A DNA stretch of 64,000 nt from Felis catus (lineage: Eukaryota). The translations under genes and the position numbers were made by a program. The stretch is taken from the NCBI RefSeq assembly GCF_018350175.1, contig NC_058368.1:232812001-232876000 (forward strand), given 5' to 3'. This document shows, piece after piece, positions 22,283 to 34,646 of the stretch (position 1 is its first letter; each line of letters begins with the position of its first letter). The notes below the pieces were generated by a model. It saw only the letters and a list, made by a program, of their open reading frames with translations, did no database searches and was not told the DNA's origin.

Positions 22283-24999
22283 CTGATGACTTTTAATGAA
22301 ACTGGGTTTGCACGTTAATTCTGGAAGAGTCGGCTTGTTCAATCGTTATTCAGAACATGCCTACAAGGATGGTAATACATACATGAAGATTTTCATGCTA
22401 CATAGTATGTTTTGAACAAAATCTGAATCTGGTCAAACAGAACACATGACCTAAATTACAGACTCCGAAATGAAATGACCTTCCACATCGGTTGTTTTTC
22501 AAACAGCACAGCCATCTAGAGACCTGAATGCTGAGTCTGTTTGGAACAATGTTCCTCCTGCACACTGCAGTGAGGGGATGAGCTCAGGCCTCGGCAGCAG
22601 TGAGATGCGGGCTGTCTGATCATGTCTGGGGCTGCAGTGGACCCTGCCATACGCTTGTAGTTTTTGTTGTTTTCTTTTTTTGTTTGTTTGTTTTGTTTTG
22701 TTTTGTTTTGAATTCACAGCTATTTACAAATTGAAATTATGTAACATGCATAATCAAGATGTTGCTAATTCAACTCAGAGGTTTGTATTTTCCTTAAATA
22801 CGCTCATACATACACAGAACTCTGCTGTTTCTATTTCTTGCTAGCAAGGTTGTTAAATTCAAGGGGAAGAGCCATTGACAGTGAGAGAAGGCACCTTCCA
22901 GGAGGACAAAACGGTGGACACACAGAGTTCTGAGGTTAGATGCCTGCTCCAAACCACAGTCAGTGACACAAGAGTGACACGTAAAAAGTTCTACTAGAAG
23001 CTGGATTCCCAGACAGCATGTAAGTTTGTTTAGACTAGCTTGACAATTCTTCATCACCTCCATAAATTAACTTCATCACCTCCATAAATTACCAGTTTTA
23101 TGCCTCCACTAACTTCTGGATCTTTTTATTTGAACGATTGCAGCATGTTTAATGTATTTTGAAAGAAACGTCATCTTGTACAAGAATCTGTTTGAAATCT
23201 GGGGTTTGGACTCTAGAAAAAGAATCCAAGTTTGGAGATAAATTTCTTTCCTCACACTTTGGTTTTACTCGAACAGACATAAATTGGAGAAGAGGCGCCA
23301 ATGGCCGTTTGAAAAGCCGGCTTGTTTTTATTTGTGGTTACCTAGCAATCGCAGTCAAACAGACTCTGGTGTAGACACAGGACATCTTGCTTTCTCCATG
23401 TGGCATTTCCCAGCTGCCTAACACTGAGCTGAGTCAAACAGCTTCCCTAGACACTTAGGGGGCCATATGTTTGCTGCGCCCATGTCTCTCCACTGTTGGA
23501 AACCCAGCCAAGATAAGGCACATTATCTGGGCTGTCTCTGGGCAGATATTTTTGTGACTTCTTTGAAGGTCTTCTCAGGGCAGGAGGCCAAATAGTAGAT
23601 GGTAACTTCTTTAGGATGTTGGCGAGTTGAGCTCTGTAAATGACCAAGTCCTATCCAGACCGCTGCTCGGTTCCTCTCTACATGCATAAAATGAAAGTTG
23701 TGTTGACGGTCTGTGTATTTGGGGACTTGTTTTCTTACCTGATCTGCAGAACTCTGCCTCTTCCACCTCTGTGGTTGTGGTTTTGTTCCTTCCATCTCAT
23801 CTGCCTGCCTGGTGTTTACATGCGGCCATTTCTCAGGGCTCTGCCTGTGGCCACAGACCGGCTCTCATGAGTCTAGGGAGGGTGCCGGGTCAGGGAGGAG
23901 GCATCAAGTCTGGAATCCAGGAAAGCCATCTCAGCTTTGTCGGCCGATCAGGAAAGAGCGAGTAGAGAGACTCCAAGTTGCCTTTTGTTCCCACTCACCA
24001 TCCGTTGCCATTTTGTTCACCTTAACATTTATTAGGGACATTAAGTGCAATTATGTGATTATGGGATAGGTGGTTTCAAGAACAGGGACAGGCTTTTTTG
24101 TTTGAACTCATTACACTCAGTCCGAAAGGAAATGAATTAAGGTAGACTTCGCCTTGGATGCAGAGTTGTAACAGATAATAATGCAGTATTGTTTTACACG
24201 GACGCGTGAAGTTCTGCCATCTTAAAACGTAATATAATTAAGTCCCTCAATTCCTTCATTCTGTGCTTTGGCTGCTTGGGGACACTTTGCTCTAATACTA
24301 TTCACTTTGCGGTAAAGTTTAGCCTAAGACGTAGTTGCCTTGAATTCCAGACAGGGAGCTTATTAATTAATAAAGTGAGAAGGTCACAGTTGTGCAGTGA
24401 TTCTGAATATACATCCCTGTATTGTGTCACATACTTTATACATTCAATAAATATTGGAAACAAAACTGTGTTGTGCTCAGAAGCTCCAGACGTCCCTAAA
24501 GCAGGAACGTTTTGTGAGGATTGCCAGGAGATGGGTTCCATTTTGTTATTTTAAAGTAATATGGTGCAGAGGGCGAATTACACCATATGGGAGACAAAGC
24601 AAAACAAATAAAACAAAGCCACCAAGTGGGGAGTGGGGGGTGGCATCCATTCCCGGCTTAAATACAAACCCTCGGTGGGACTGTCTGTTGGCCAGTGGCC
24701 ACACAGCCCTGGCTCTGGGGAGTTCTCAGAGATACAAACAGTCTTTGCTTACCATTTCACCACTCTCTGCTTAGATTAAATAGGCTCGAGGACTTCCCAG
24801 ATGCTGCAGAATTGGGGAAGTCTGTTGGAAGGGCTTGGGGAAATATATGCACTGACTGTTACGTGAAGACCAAATTAGGTCCTTTTCGCTGTAATGTATG
24901 CCAACCTCTCCACCATGACTCTGGTTGGCTCATTACTAAATTTGGCCCATTGAGAGTGTCAAACAAAGTCAGATGTGTTGATAAAAATATAGTGACATT

Positions 25000-26382
25000 G
25001 GCACAAAAACAGACACATAGACCAATGGAATAGAATAGAAACCCCAGAACTAGACCCACAAACGTGTGGCCAACTCATCTTTGACAAAGCAGGAAAGAAC
25101 ATCCAATGGAAAAAAGACAGCCTCTTTAACAAATGGTGCTGGGAGAACTGGACAGCAACATGCAGAAGGTTGAAACTAGACCACTTTCTCACACCATTCA
25201 CAAAAATAAACTCAAAATGGATAAAGGACCTAAATGTGAGACAGGAAACCATCAAAACCCTAGAGGAGAAAGCAGGAAAAGACCTCTCTGACCTCAGCTG
25301 TAGCAATCTCTTACTCGACGCATCCCCAAAGGCAAGGGAATTAAAAGCAAAAGTGAATTACTGGGACCTTATGAAGATAAAAAGCTTCTGCACAGCAAAG
25401 GAAACAACCAACAAAACTAAAAGGCAACCAACGGAATGGGAAAAGATATTCGCAAATGACATATCGGACAAAGGGCTAGTATCCAAAATCTATAAAGAGC
25501 TCACCAAACTCCACACCCGAAAAACAACCCAGTGAAGAAATGGGCAGAAAACATGAATAGACACTTCTCTAAAGAAGACATCCGGATGGCCAACAGGCAC
25601 ATGAAAAGATGTTCAGCGTCGCTCCTTATCAGGGAAATACAAATCAAAACCACACTCAGGTATCACCTCACGCCAGTCAGAGTGGCCAAAATGAACAAAT
25701 CAGGAGACTATAGATGCTGGAGAGGATGTGGAGAAACGGGAACCCTCTTGCACCGTTGGTGGGAATGCAAATTGGTGCAGCCGCTCTGGAAAGCAGTGTG
25801 GAGGTTCCTCAGAAAATTAAAAATAGACCTACCCTATGACCCAGCAATAGCACTGCTAGGAATTTATCCAAGGGATACAGGAGTACTGATGCATAGGGCC
25901 ACTTGTACCCCAATGTTCATAGCAGCACTCTCAACAATAGCCAAATTATGGAAAGAGCCTAAATGTCCATCAACTGATGAATGGATAAAGAAATTGTGGT
26001 TTATATACACAATGGAATACTACGTGGCAATGAGAAAAAATGAAATATGGCCTTTTGTAGCAACGTGGATGGAACTGGAGAGTGTGATGCTAAGTGAAAT
26101 AAGCCATACAGAGAAAGACAGATACCATATGGTTTCACTCTTATGTGGATCCTGAGAAACTTAACAGGAACCCATGGGGGAGGGGAAGGAAAAAAAAAAA
26201 ACAGGTTAGAGTGGGAGAGAGCCAAAGCATAAGAGACTCTTAAAAACTGAGAACAAACTGAGGGTTGATGGGGGGTGGGAGGGGGGAGAGGGTGGGTGAT
26301 GGGTATTGAGGAGGGCACCTTTTGGGATGAGCACTGGATGTTGTATGGAAACCAATTTGTCAATAAATTTCATATATATAAA
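25000..26382 (+). mobile_element. Young 5'-truncated feline L1 (about 1.4 kb): ORF2 C-terminal part and 3' UTR
   Basis: ORFs 25170-25535 and 25532-26155 encode L1 ORF2p C-terminus ([47 protein letters not shown]), split by one small frameshift near 25530; perfect 17-bp TSD aaaaatatagtgacatt at 24983-24999 and 26383-26399. Confidence 0.98.
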
Positions 26383-26815
26383 AAAAATATAGTGACATTA
26401 ACTGTTTTTCAGGGAGTTAAAGTTCTAGACAGCCACCTCTGTTTCCTAAACAACATGCCAACAGCTGACACGACTTGGAATCGAAGCGACTCAAGAGCTG
26501 TATAATTGGTCACCTAAAGCATGTGCAGATAGATGTAGCATTGACAGGAGTCGTATCATAGTAAATGCAAAAATGATTGTTTTTGAAACCCGAGGTAATA
26601 AAAGGACACCGACCTTCATAGTTTTCACAGTGGGAATCCACCTGATTTTAGTGATATCCTTGAGTTGGATGGGGCTGAGTTTTACCCGCAGAGATGCTAA
26701 GATACGTGGAACATATACGCATATGTAAACGTGCAGTGGAGCTGAGAGTAGGATTCGTGTCCGCTCACCCTCCTGGGTCCCCATGAATTTAGACTAAACG
26801 GTACTACTGGGCCCT

Positions 26816-27016
26816 GGGGCGCCTGGGTGGCTCAGGCGGTTAAATGTCCGACTCTTGAGTTTGGCTCAGGTCATGATCTCACAGTTGATGAGTTTGATCC
26901 CAACATTGGCTCTGCGCTGGCTGGTTGGGATCCTCTGTCCCCATCTCTTTCTGCCCCTTGCCCGCTCACACTCTCTCTCCCTCTTTCAAAAATAAACAAA
27001 CAAGCAAATAAATAAA
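26816..27016 (+). mobile_element. CanSINE
   Basis: ggggcgcctgggtggctcag...aaaataaacaaacaagcaaataaataaa. Confidence 0.94.
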
Positions 27017-27733
27017 GGCCACATAAGTTACCTCAATATTTTATTTAGCTCTTTGCTCATACCTCGATGAATATTGAGACTAACTTAAATACAAATTAAA
27101 ATCATATTGTAATAATAGATATATAAACAGATAAATAAAAAAAATAAATACGTAAATATAATACAGCTCTATTTCCTTAAATTAAGACACAGGATCTAAA
27201 GTGATAAATGTTTTAATGCCATAGACCATTTTTGTCCTATCCTTTCACTTACATTGAATAATTTTTTAAAATATCACTCAGAACCTAGAAAGAATTACTT
27301 CTTCTCGCTAAGATCTACCTCCTTCGCAACTTTCAAAGATGCGATGTAGTGTTATTACCTATAGTTTGAGGATGACTTCTTAAAATAAGTCAGTAACAGA
27401 GAAACAACCATATTTAGAAGGGACGTGGGATCGAGCCCGTGATGAGCATGGTCAGTAGTCCACAAGCATGAAATAAAATATTTGGTGATCTATTTCCCAC
27501 CAAGATGAAGTTAAAATAAATTTCACTTTTCCACTAAGTAGAATTTTTTTTCATAGTTACGAAGCACTCAGCTTGAGAATGGCAGTGCTTTGAATTGGGG
27601 CTGGAGAAAGAAAAGTCTGGCAAAAGAAAAAAAAACAGTTAAATTGCTGTCTAAACAGAAATATGAGTGTTTTTCCTCCTGTTTGAGTATATTTTCATGA
27701 ATCAGTCTTCCCTCTGTTTTCTAATCTAAACCA

Positions 27734-27961
27734 TTTTTATTTATTTTTAATTTTTTTAAGTTTGTTTATTTATTTTGAGAGAGACAGAGACATCGCTTGT
27801 GGGGGAAAGGCAGAGAGAGAGGGAGAGAGAGAATCTCAAGCAAGCTCCCAGCTGCCAGCGCAGAGCCCGATGTGGGGCTTGAACTCATGAAACCATGAGA
27901 TCAGGACCTGAGCTGAAACCAAGAGTCGGAAGCTTAACTAACTGAGCCACCCAGGTGCCCC
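27734..27961 (-). mobile_element. CanSINE
   Basis: Ends ctgagccacccaggtgcccc. Confidence 0.94.
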
Positions 27962-27962
27962 T

Positions 27963-28020
27963 TTATCTATCTATCTATCTATCTATCTATCATCTATCTA
28001 TCTATCTACCTATCTATGTA
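27963..28020. repeat. (TATC)n tetranucleotide microsatellite
   Basis: Imperfect tatc run. Confidence 0.95.
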
Positions 28021-28388
28021 TCCCAGGACAAATGTTGCTTTAATGAAAGAATAGTATACATATTGGCACTATATTTAACAAATTCTGAGTCTATTTATTA
28101 TATCCCCCCCACAGCAAGCCAAGTATCTATGAAACACACATAGGAACACTTACATATTTAATAATTACACACCGTCCTGTGTTCTCAGAAAGGTTTCCAT
28201 AATACAGTTTTACAGGTTATTTTTTTTTAATTTCAGCCTTTTTAAAATCTGAATGTAACTTAACACTTCAATAACATCAAGTACCAATTTCATTCCACAC
28301 GCTTAAGAAAAGCTAATACAGATTTTAAAGAATAAATAAATATAGCAAAAAAGCCTAAATGATTGTCTCTGCAAATGTTAGCAGGCAC

Positions 28389-28951
28389 CATGCAAGGAGG
28401 CTTATCAGCAGGCTGGGAACTGCCCTCCTGAGAAAGTGCTGGTGGTAAATTCACACCTGGCGGGCATCCAGGAACTTGGCTGGTACATGGTGCCCTGAAC
28501 TGATATAAAAGTCTTTCTCGATGATGTACCTACACTCTCGCTATGCCTATGCTGTTTGTATGAGCAACATAGTTCATGCAGAACACCTGCCTTCTTTCTG
28601 GGAGACTACGATGTTGGCGCATGCTGGTAGAGGGGGGCCTATATGAGTGCCCCCCGCCCCCATCAAACCCTGGTCACTAAGTTTCTAAGGAGCTTCCCTG
28701 GTAGGCGACACTTTACACAGATCGTCACAACTCATGGCTGGAGGAATTAACCTTGCCCCGTGTGGCTCCCCTGGGGGAGAACTCTTGGAATTTTATGCCT
28801 GGTTTCCTCCAGATCTCTTCCCCCTGTGACGTTTCCCTTTGTATCCTTCACTGTAATAAATCTGAGTTACGAGTGCGAGTACCTGCTGAGTCTTGGGAAT
28901 TCTTTTAGCAAATCACTGAACCTGGGAATGGCCTCGGAGACCCCAGACACA
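28389..28951 (+). mobile_element. ERVL-class solo LTR (MER68/MER77-like)
   Basis: cagcaggctgggaactgc..gaacacctgcctt..gagcttccctggtag..tcacaactc..cctggtttcctcc..ctgtaataaatc..gcaaatcactgaacctggg..gaccccagacaca matches the recalled MER68 architecture. Confidence 0.8.
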
Positions 28952-29259
28952 GACACCGGAATGGAAAACGGTTGTGTTTTTTCTTACAGTAGAAATACTA
29001 ACTAACACACGTCTGATCAATAATTTCGCAAATTCCCATGTTATTATTGTTTAAAAGACTGCTCACATATATTACACATCACATCAAGGAAAGTATTAAC
29101 ATATCACTGAGACAGAGTCTTAGGCCCTGTGGAAAACAGGCTAACTATTGAGGTCTTCAGTTACTGAGGAAGAAATTCCGTGGTCAAGGTAGGCAGTATA
29201 ATTCGTACTTTGTCTATTTTTAACATTGTGATCTAGTCTGTATTTAAAAACGACTCAGT

Positions 29260-29475
29260 GGGGTGCCTGGGTGGCTCAGTTGGTTAAGCGTCCGACTTCA
29301 GCTTGGGTCACGATCTCGCGGTCCGTGGGTTTGAGCCCCGCGTGGGGCTCTGGGCTGAGGGCTCAGAGCCTGGAGCCTGTTTCCGATTCTGTGTCTCCCT
29401 CTCTCTCTGCCCCTCCCCCGTTCATGCTCTGTCTCTCTGTGTCTCAAAAATAAAAATAAACTTAAAAAAAAAAAG
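29260..29475 (+). mobile_element. CanSINE (young SINEC_Fc)
   Basis: Near-consensus, CpGs retained, poly-A tail. Confidence 0.96.
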
Positions 29476-30215
29476 ATAAAGCACTAGTTGATAATTGTGG
29501 CAAAAAAGTCAATCATTTGTCGGCTGACGTTTTGAGAGTAACGTTAATGGTGGTAAGAGCCACGCATGCGTGGTCTCATGTACTCTTTTTAGCCGTTTCC
29601 AAGTTATGCAAGATTATAATCTCCAGGTTATGGAATCAGTTACGGAATCAGTTATGGAATCAGTTAATCTCCAAGTTACGGAATGCCTCCTCAGCAGTAG
29701 ATGGAAGGCCCACCTTTCACTGTTCAGGGTCTAAGGGCTGCGTCTCTCACCTTGTGTGTTGGTGAGGCCTGTTATCGCAGTGAGTAAATGGGGCGAGGCT
29801 ATTTGAACCCCAATTTGGAGGAGTGGAGGCCTGTGGAAATACACAGGGTCTCTTCTGCCACCGTTCATTTCAGCTTCAGCGTCTCCAACGCAGGAATGTG
29901 TGAAATGCCAAGTCCCTATCACCTTTTTCTCTACTTCTCTCTCTCTCACCTCTTCCAGCCTCGGAAATGGCTGATGAGGGGTAATTTGGTGGGAAAAAAA
30001 ACAAAACAAAAAAAACCCAAAACCTGCTTCTTATCTCCTGAATCACGTTAAGTCATTTTCTGTTATTTTCCTTGCAAAGTATCTGCGACTTCTAAGAAAG
30101 AAGATTAACTTCTTTGTTTGTTTGTTTGTTTGTTTTTACCAAACTGTTTTACCTTTCAGTTCCCCCAGGTAACGTCTATTTGATTTTGGAAAAAGTCATC
30201 TCAACATTCCTTTTC

Positions 30216-30448
30216 TTTTCTTTTTTTTTTTTTTAATTTTTTTTTCAACGTTTATTTATTTTTGGGACAGAGAGAGACAGAGCATGAACGGGGGAGGGGC
30301 AGAGAGAGAGGGAGACACAGAATCGGAAACAGGCTCCAGGCTCCGAGCCATCAGCCCAGAGCCCGACGCGGGGCTCGAACTCCCGGACCTCGAGATCGTG
30401 ACCTGGCTGAAGTCGGACGCTCAACCGACTGTGCCACCCAGGCGCCCC
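30216..30448 (-). mobile_element. CanSINE (very young SINEC_Fc)
   Basis: CpG-rich; long T tract; perfect TSD tcaacattccttttc at 30201-30215 and 30449-30463. Confidence 0.98.
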
Positions 30449-31057
30449 TCAACATTCCTTTTCAAGGTCACCATCAAGTGCCTCTGAAGATGGACCACTC
30501 ACTGGTGAATGATGTAACAGACCTTAAAAGCGAGATACGTGAGTTTGCCTGACCATGCTATGTTTTCTCATTAGGTAATACTTCTTTTCACATTTGATTT
30601 CTTTTCAGATGTTGTGAATACCTTTATTCCCCCAGCCTGATTGATGAATAATCAATATAACTATATATATTTAAAGTGTACATATTAAGTATGGATCTCA
30701 GATGAACACTTCCTGGGAAGGGCGGTAGGATCAAAACAGGTCTAGAAAAAAGACGCACGGGAATCTGAGTCTAGCCATGTCAGGTCCATATCACTGTTTT
30801 CTTCCCTAGAAATCATTCACCTCTCCCAAAGTATTTTTGTGTCCAACACAGTGGGGGGCCCGAGGTCTGGACGGCAGACTGCATTGAAATGCACATGCAC
30901 CCTCTGTTCTGTTTCGTCTCTACGTCTAGGCATTTGACCAAATGGTGACTGACATATCAATGCACATATTAGTGGGTCAAGTCAGCTGCTCCCCAGTTAA
31001 AACCAGTGAGTGAAGGAAAAATAAAACTATTTGTGTGTCAAAAAAAAACCAAAAAAC

Positions 31058-31087
<30 letters not shown>
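31058..31087. repeat. (CA)n microsatellite
   Basis: CA run. Confidence 0.93.
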
Positions 31088-31088
<1 letters not shown>

Positions 31089-31699
31089 CAAAACCTCTTG
31101 CTACGTTTTTAGCTGGAATTTATGGGCTCAGAAATGTTCCATCCTATAATCAATTCAGCCGGTGTGGAGTGAAGATTTGCCCATGAAATGGCCCACGTAA
31201 ACATGGACCTGACTGTGACTGTCATTACCGCCTGTAGGCTGGTAGCAGGTGCCGGAACGGCCAATGTTGTCAGAGACATTGAATGAAAAAAAATAATAGA
31301 CTCAGTGCTTGGAATCCGAGAGAGTCTATTCTTACAGATTATCCCATGGATGTTGGAAGGAACGGGGAAAGAGCAGGGTCAGCAACTTCAAAAAGAGATC
31401 TAGCAATGACACTATTATTATTATTATTATTATATCTAGAGATTGAGCACATCTATAAAAGGTTAGCACCTTAACACATTCAATACCCGTTTCTTAGCCT
31501 TGATATTTTACGAATTGCAAAGGCTATACTTAGCCTGTACCTTTCCTCTTACTAGATCTTTATCTTGGGCAAGTTACAGAAGCTCCCTGAACCTCGGTTT
31601 TCTCATTTGTAAAAAGGAGCTTAGCAATAATAGTATCTACACGTACTACATAGAGGCACGGTGAGAATTTTATGAGTCGATGCAAGCACTAGCATCCGT

Positions 31700-32325
31700 G
31701 GGATGACGTCAAACTAAAAGGCTTCTGCATGGCAAAGGAAACCATCAAGAAAACGAAAAGTCACCCCTACTGAATGGGAGGAAATATCTGCAAATCACAT
31801 ATCTGATAAGGGATTCATATCCGCAGTATATAAAGAATTCAAACAACCCAACAGCCAACAACAAAACAACAACAACAACAAATGAAAAAGGAGCAGAGGG
31901 TCTGAATAGATATTTTTCCGAAGAAGACCTGGCCAACAGGTACGTGAAAAGATGCGCCGCATCATTAATCATCAGAGAAGCACAAATCAGGTGGGGCGCT
32001 TGGGTGGCTCAGTCCGTTAAGTGGCTGACTTCGGCCCGGGTCACGATCTCGCCATTCCTGAGTTGGAGCCCCGTGTCCGACTCTGTGCTGACAGCTCGGA
32101 GCCTAGAGCCTGCTTCGGATTCTGGGTCTCTCCCTCTCTCTCTCTGTCTCTGCCCCTCCCTTGCTGCTTGGACTCTGTCTCTTTCTCTCTCTCTCAAAAG
32201 TAAATAAACATTAAAAAAATTGAAAAAACAAATCAAGACCACAATATCACCTTACGTGTCTTAAACTGGCAATTATCAAAAAGACAGGAAATAATGAGTG
32301 TGGTGAGGATGTGGCGAAAAGGGGG
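31700..32325 (+). mobile_element. L1 ORF2 3' fragment interrupted by a SINE
   Basis: tcaaactaaaaggcttctgcatggcaaaggaaaccatc; gaatgggaggaaatatctgcaaatcacatatctgataaggg; aaatcaagaccacaa; ggtgaggatgtgg. Confidence 0.9.
31993..32227 (+). mobile_element. CanSINE nested in L1
   Basis: ggggcgcttgggtggctcag...; TSD core acaaatca. Confidence 0.95.
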
Positions 32326-32378
32326 AAAAAGTGTTTATAACAGTGTCTGATAGAGAGCAAACACAGAGACACGCGCAT

Positions 32379-32379
<1 letters not shown>

Positions 32380-32411
<32 letters not shown>
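32380..32411. repeat. (CA)n microsatellite
   Basis: CA run. Confidence 0.93.
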
Positions 32412-32415
<4 letters not shown>

Positions 32416-33146
32416 GCTACAAAATTGTTAGCTACAAAATCAGCAGTCGCTGATTTTAAAAGCTTAAATGGAAGCATACATTTCGATGTTGTATTGAAGA
32501 ATTTTCCAGTTCCCAAACAACATACTCGAGGTGTTTGACAGTTATCACCAGCAGCAATGGCTCACTGATTGAAAGGCCAAGATGGCAACCCGTCTTCATT
32601 TCTTCTGGAATGATCATTGTTGTCCACTCTGGTGACTATCATATGCCATACACTTTAAATAAAGAATAACGACTACGTTAAATATGAGCTTTCTTCTAGA
32701 AGATGGTACACATCAAAAATCAGTGAAAAAAGAAAAAGAAAAATCCTATCCCTTTTTAAAGCAGTTTCGTCGAAGTATAATTGAAACAAAATAAAATTCA
32801 TCCATTTAAAGTGTATAATTCAATTTTTTTTTCATAGACCCACGAAGTTAGCAAACATCACCATGTTCAATTTTAGAGTATTAGTGACCTCAAAAAGTAA
32901 TCCCACAGGCTTTAGCAACTGTCTGTATTTCTTCCCAGCTCCTCCTCCCTTGTTTTAAGCAAGTGCTAATCTATTTTATGTCTCTATGGGTTTGCCCCTG
33001 TGGACAAGTCTCATAAACGAAATCAAACAAGTCCTTTGTTAGGTGTACGATTTGCAAATATTTTCTTCCATTTGTGGGTTGCCTTTTGACCTTCTCGATG
33101 GTGCCCTTGAAAAGCAAATATTTTAATATCAATGCCAGCTAATATA

Positions 33147-33349
33147 CAGGTTTCCCCTTCCATCTGAAAGTGGACCCCTGCTTTCAAACCTTTCGTAAGC
33201 GGAAATGGCAGAAAGCTGGGAAGCAATTATCATGCTGTAAAAGCAAAATCCGTCTCGGATTTTTTTTTTTTTGTAGCGGAAACAGTAATGTAGGTCTTCG
33301 GTGAAAGTGAAGCGGTTCAAATGGAACCTTTGGATAATGGAGAAACCTG
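33147..33349. mobile_element. TcMar-Tigger-type MITE (about 200 bp)
   Basis: Imperfect terminal inverted repeats caggtttccccttccatctgaaag / cctttggataatggagaaacctg; TA on the left flank and ca on the right (decayed TA TSD); interrupts L1. Confidence 0.78.
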
Positions 33350-33658
33350 CAAATATTTTTGTTTTGGTTGCTTGTGCTTCAGTGTGATAGCTAAAGAATC
33401 CACTGCCTAAACCAAAGTCGTGAAAATGGATACCTGCCTCCTTCTAAGAGTTTTACAGTTTTCGCTCATACATTTAGGTGGATGATCCATGTTGAGTTAA
33501 TTGTTGAATATGACGTTGTAGTGATGCAACATCACTCTTTGCACGTGGGTGTCCAGGAGTTTCAGCACCATTTGTTGAAAAGATTATTCTTTCCTTCTTG
33601 AATTGTCTTGGCATCTTTATTGAAAATCAAATGACTGTGAATGTGAACATTTCTTTCT

Positions 33659-33869
33659 TTTTTTTATGTTTATTTATTTTTGAGAGAGAGAGAGAGAGAG
33701 AGAATGAGTCGGGGAGGGGCAGAGACAGAGGGAGACACCGAATCCGAAGCAGGCTCCAGATTCTGAGCTGTCAGCACAGAGTCCGATGCGGGGCTCAAAC
33801 TCACAAACCATGAGATCATGACCTGAGACGACCTCTGACGCTCAACCGACTGAGCCACCCAGGTGTCCC
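33659..33869 (-). mobile_element. CanSINE
   Basis: Typical body; degenerate TSD tga(a/g)cattt(c/a)tttct. Confidence 0.95.
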
Positions 33870-34428
33870 TGAGCATTTATTTCTAGACTCTCAACTCTAC
33901 CCGTTGATCTTTATATATATTCTTATGTCATTACCACTGTCTTGATGGCTATAGCTGTATAGTAAGTTTCTACACTGGAAAGTATGAATTCTCCCACTTG
34001 GTTTTCTTTATCAAGATTGATTATTCAAGATCCTTTGCACTTCCATATGAATTTTAAGATCTGTCAGTTTCTGCAGAAATGCCAGCAGGAATTTTGGTAA
34101 GGAGTGCTTTGAATCTGTAGGCCAATTTGGGTGGTCCTGCCGTCCTCACATTACGTTTTCTGATCCATGAACATGAGATGTATTTTCATTGAAGTCTTCT
34201 TTGTTTTTCTGTAAACAGTATTTTTTAGTTTGGAGAAGATAAGTTTTGCACCTGTTAATTTTGTTTCTAAGAATTGTATTCTATCTGATGCAATTATAAT
34301 TGGAATTTTTTTCTCAGTTTCCTTTTCAGATTCTTCTTTGCAAGTCATATAGAAATACAATTTTCAGCTATCATCTCGCAACCATGTGGCACTCTTTTGA
34401 TAACGTTTTAATTTTTTAGGAATGTCCA

Positions 34429-34553
34429 GGGCACCTGGGTGGCTCAGTCAGTTAAACATCCAACTCTTGATTTCAGTTTAGGTCATGATCTCTTGGGTCG
34501 TGGGATCAAGTCCCGTGTTGGGCTCTGCACTGACAGCATGGAACCTGCTTGAG

Positions 34554-34600
<47 letters not shown>

Positions 34601-34646
34601 CTTTATCTCTCTCTCTCAATAAATAAGTAAGCATTTAATTTTTTTT
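34429..34646 (+). mobile_element. CanSINE with expanded (CT)n
   Basis: gggcacctgggtggctcagtcagttaa... Confidence 0.93.

Noticed and set aside
25170..26155. Long ORFs (121 and 207 aa) as host genes
   Set aside because: They are L1 ORF2p C-terminal fragments inside a TSD-flanked, 5'-truncated L1.
29618..29684. Short direct repeats as a CRISPR-like array
   Set aside because: Mammalian context, repeats are tandem without unique spacers, and there are no cas genes.
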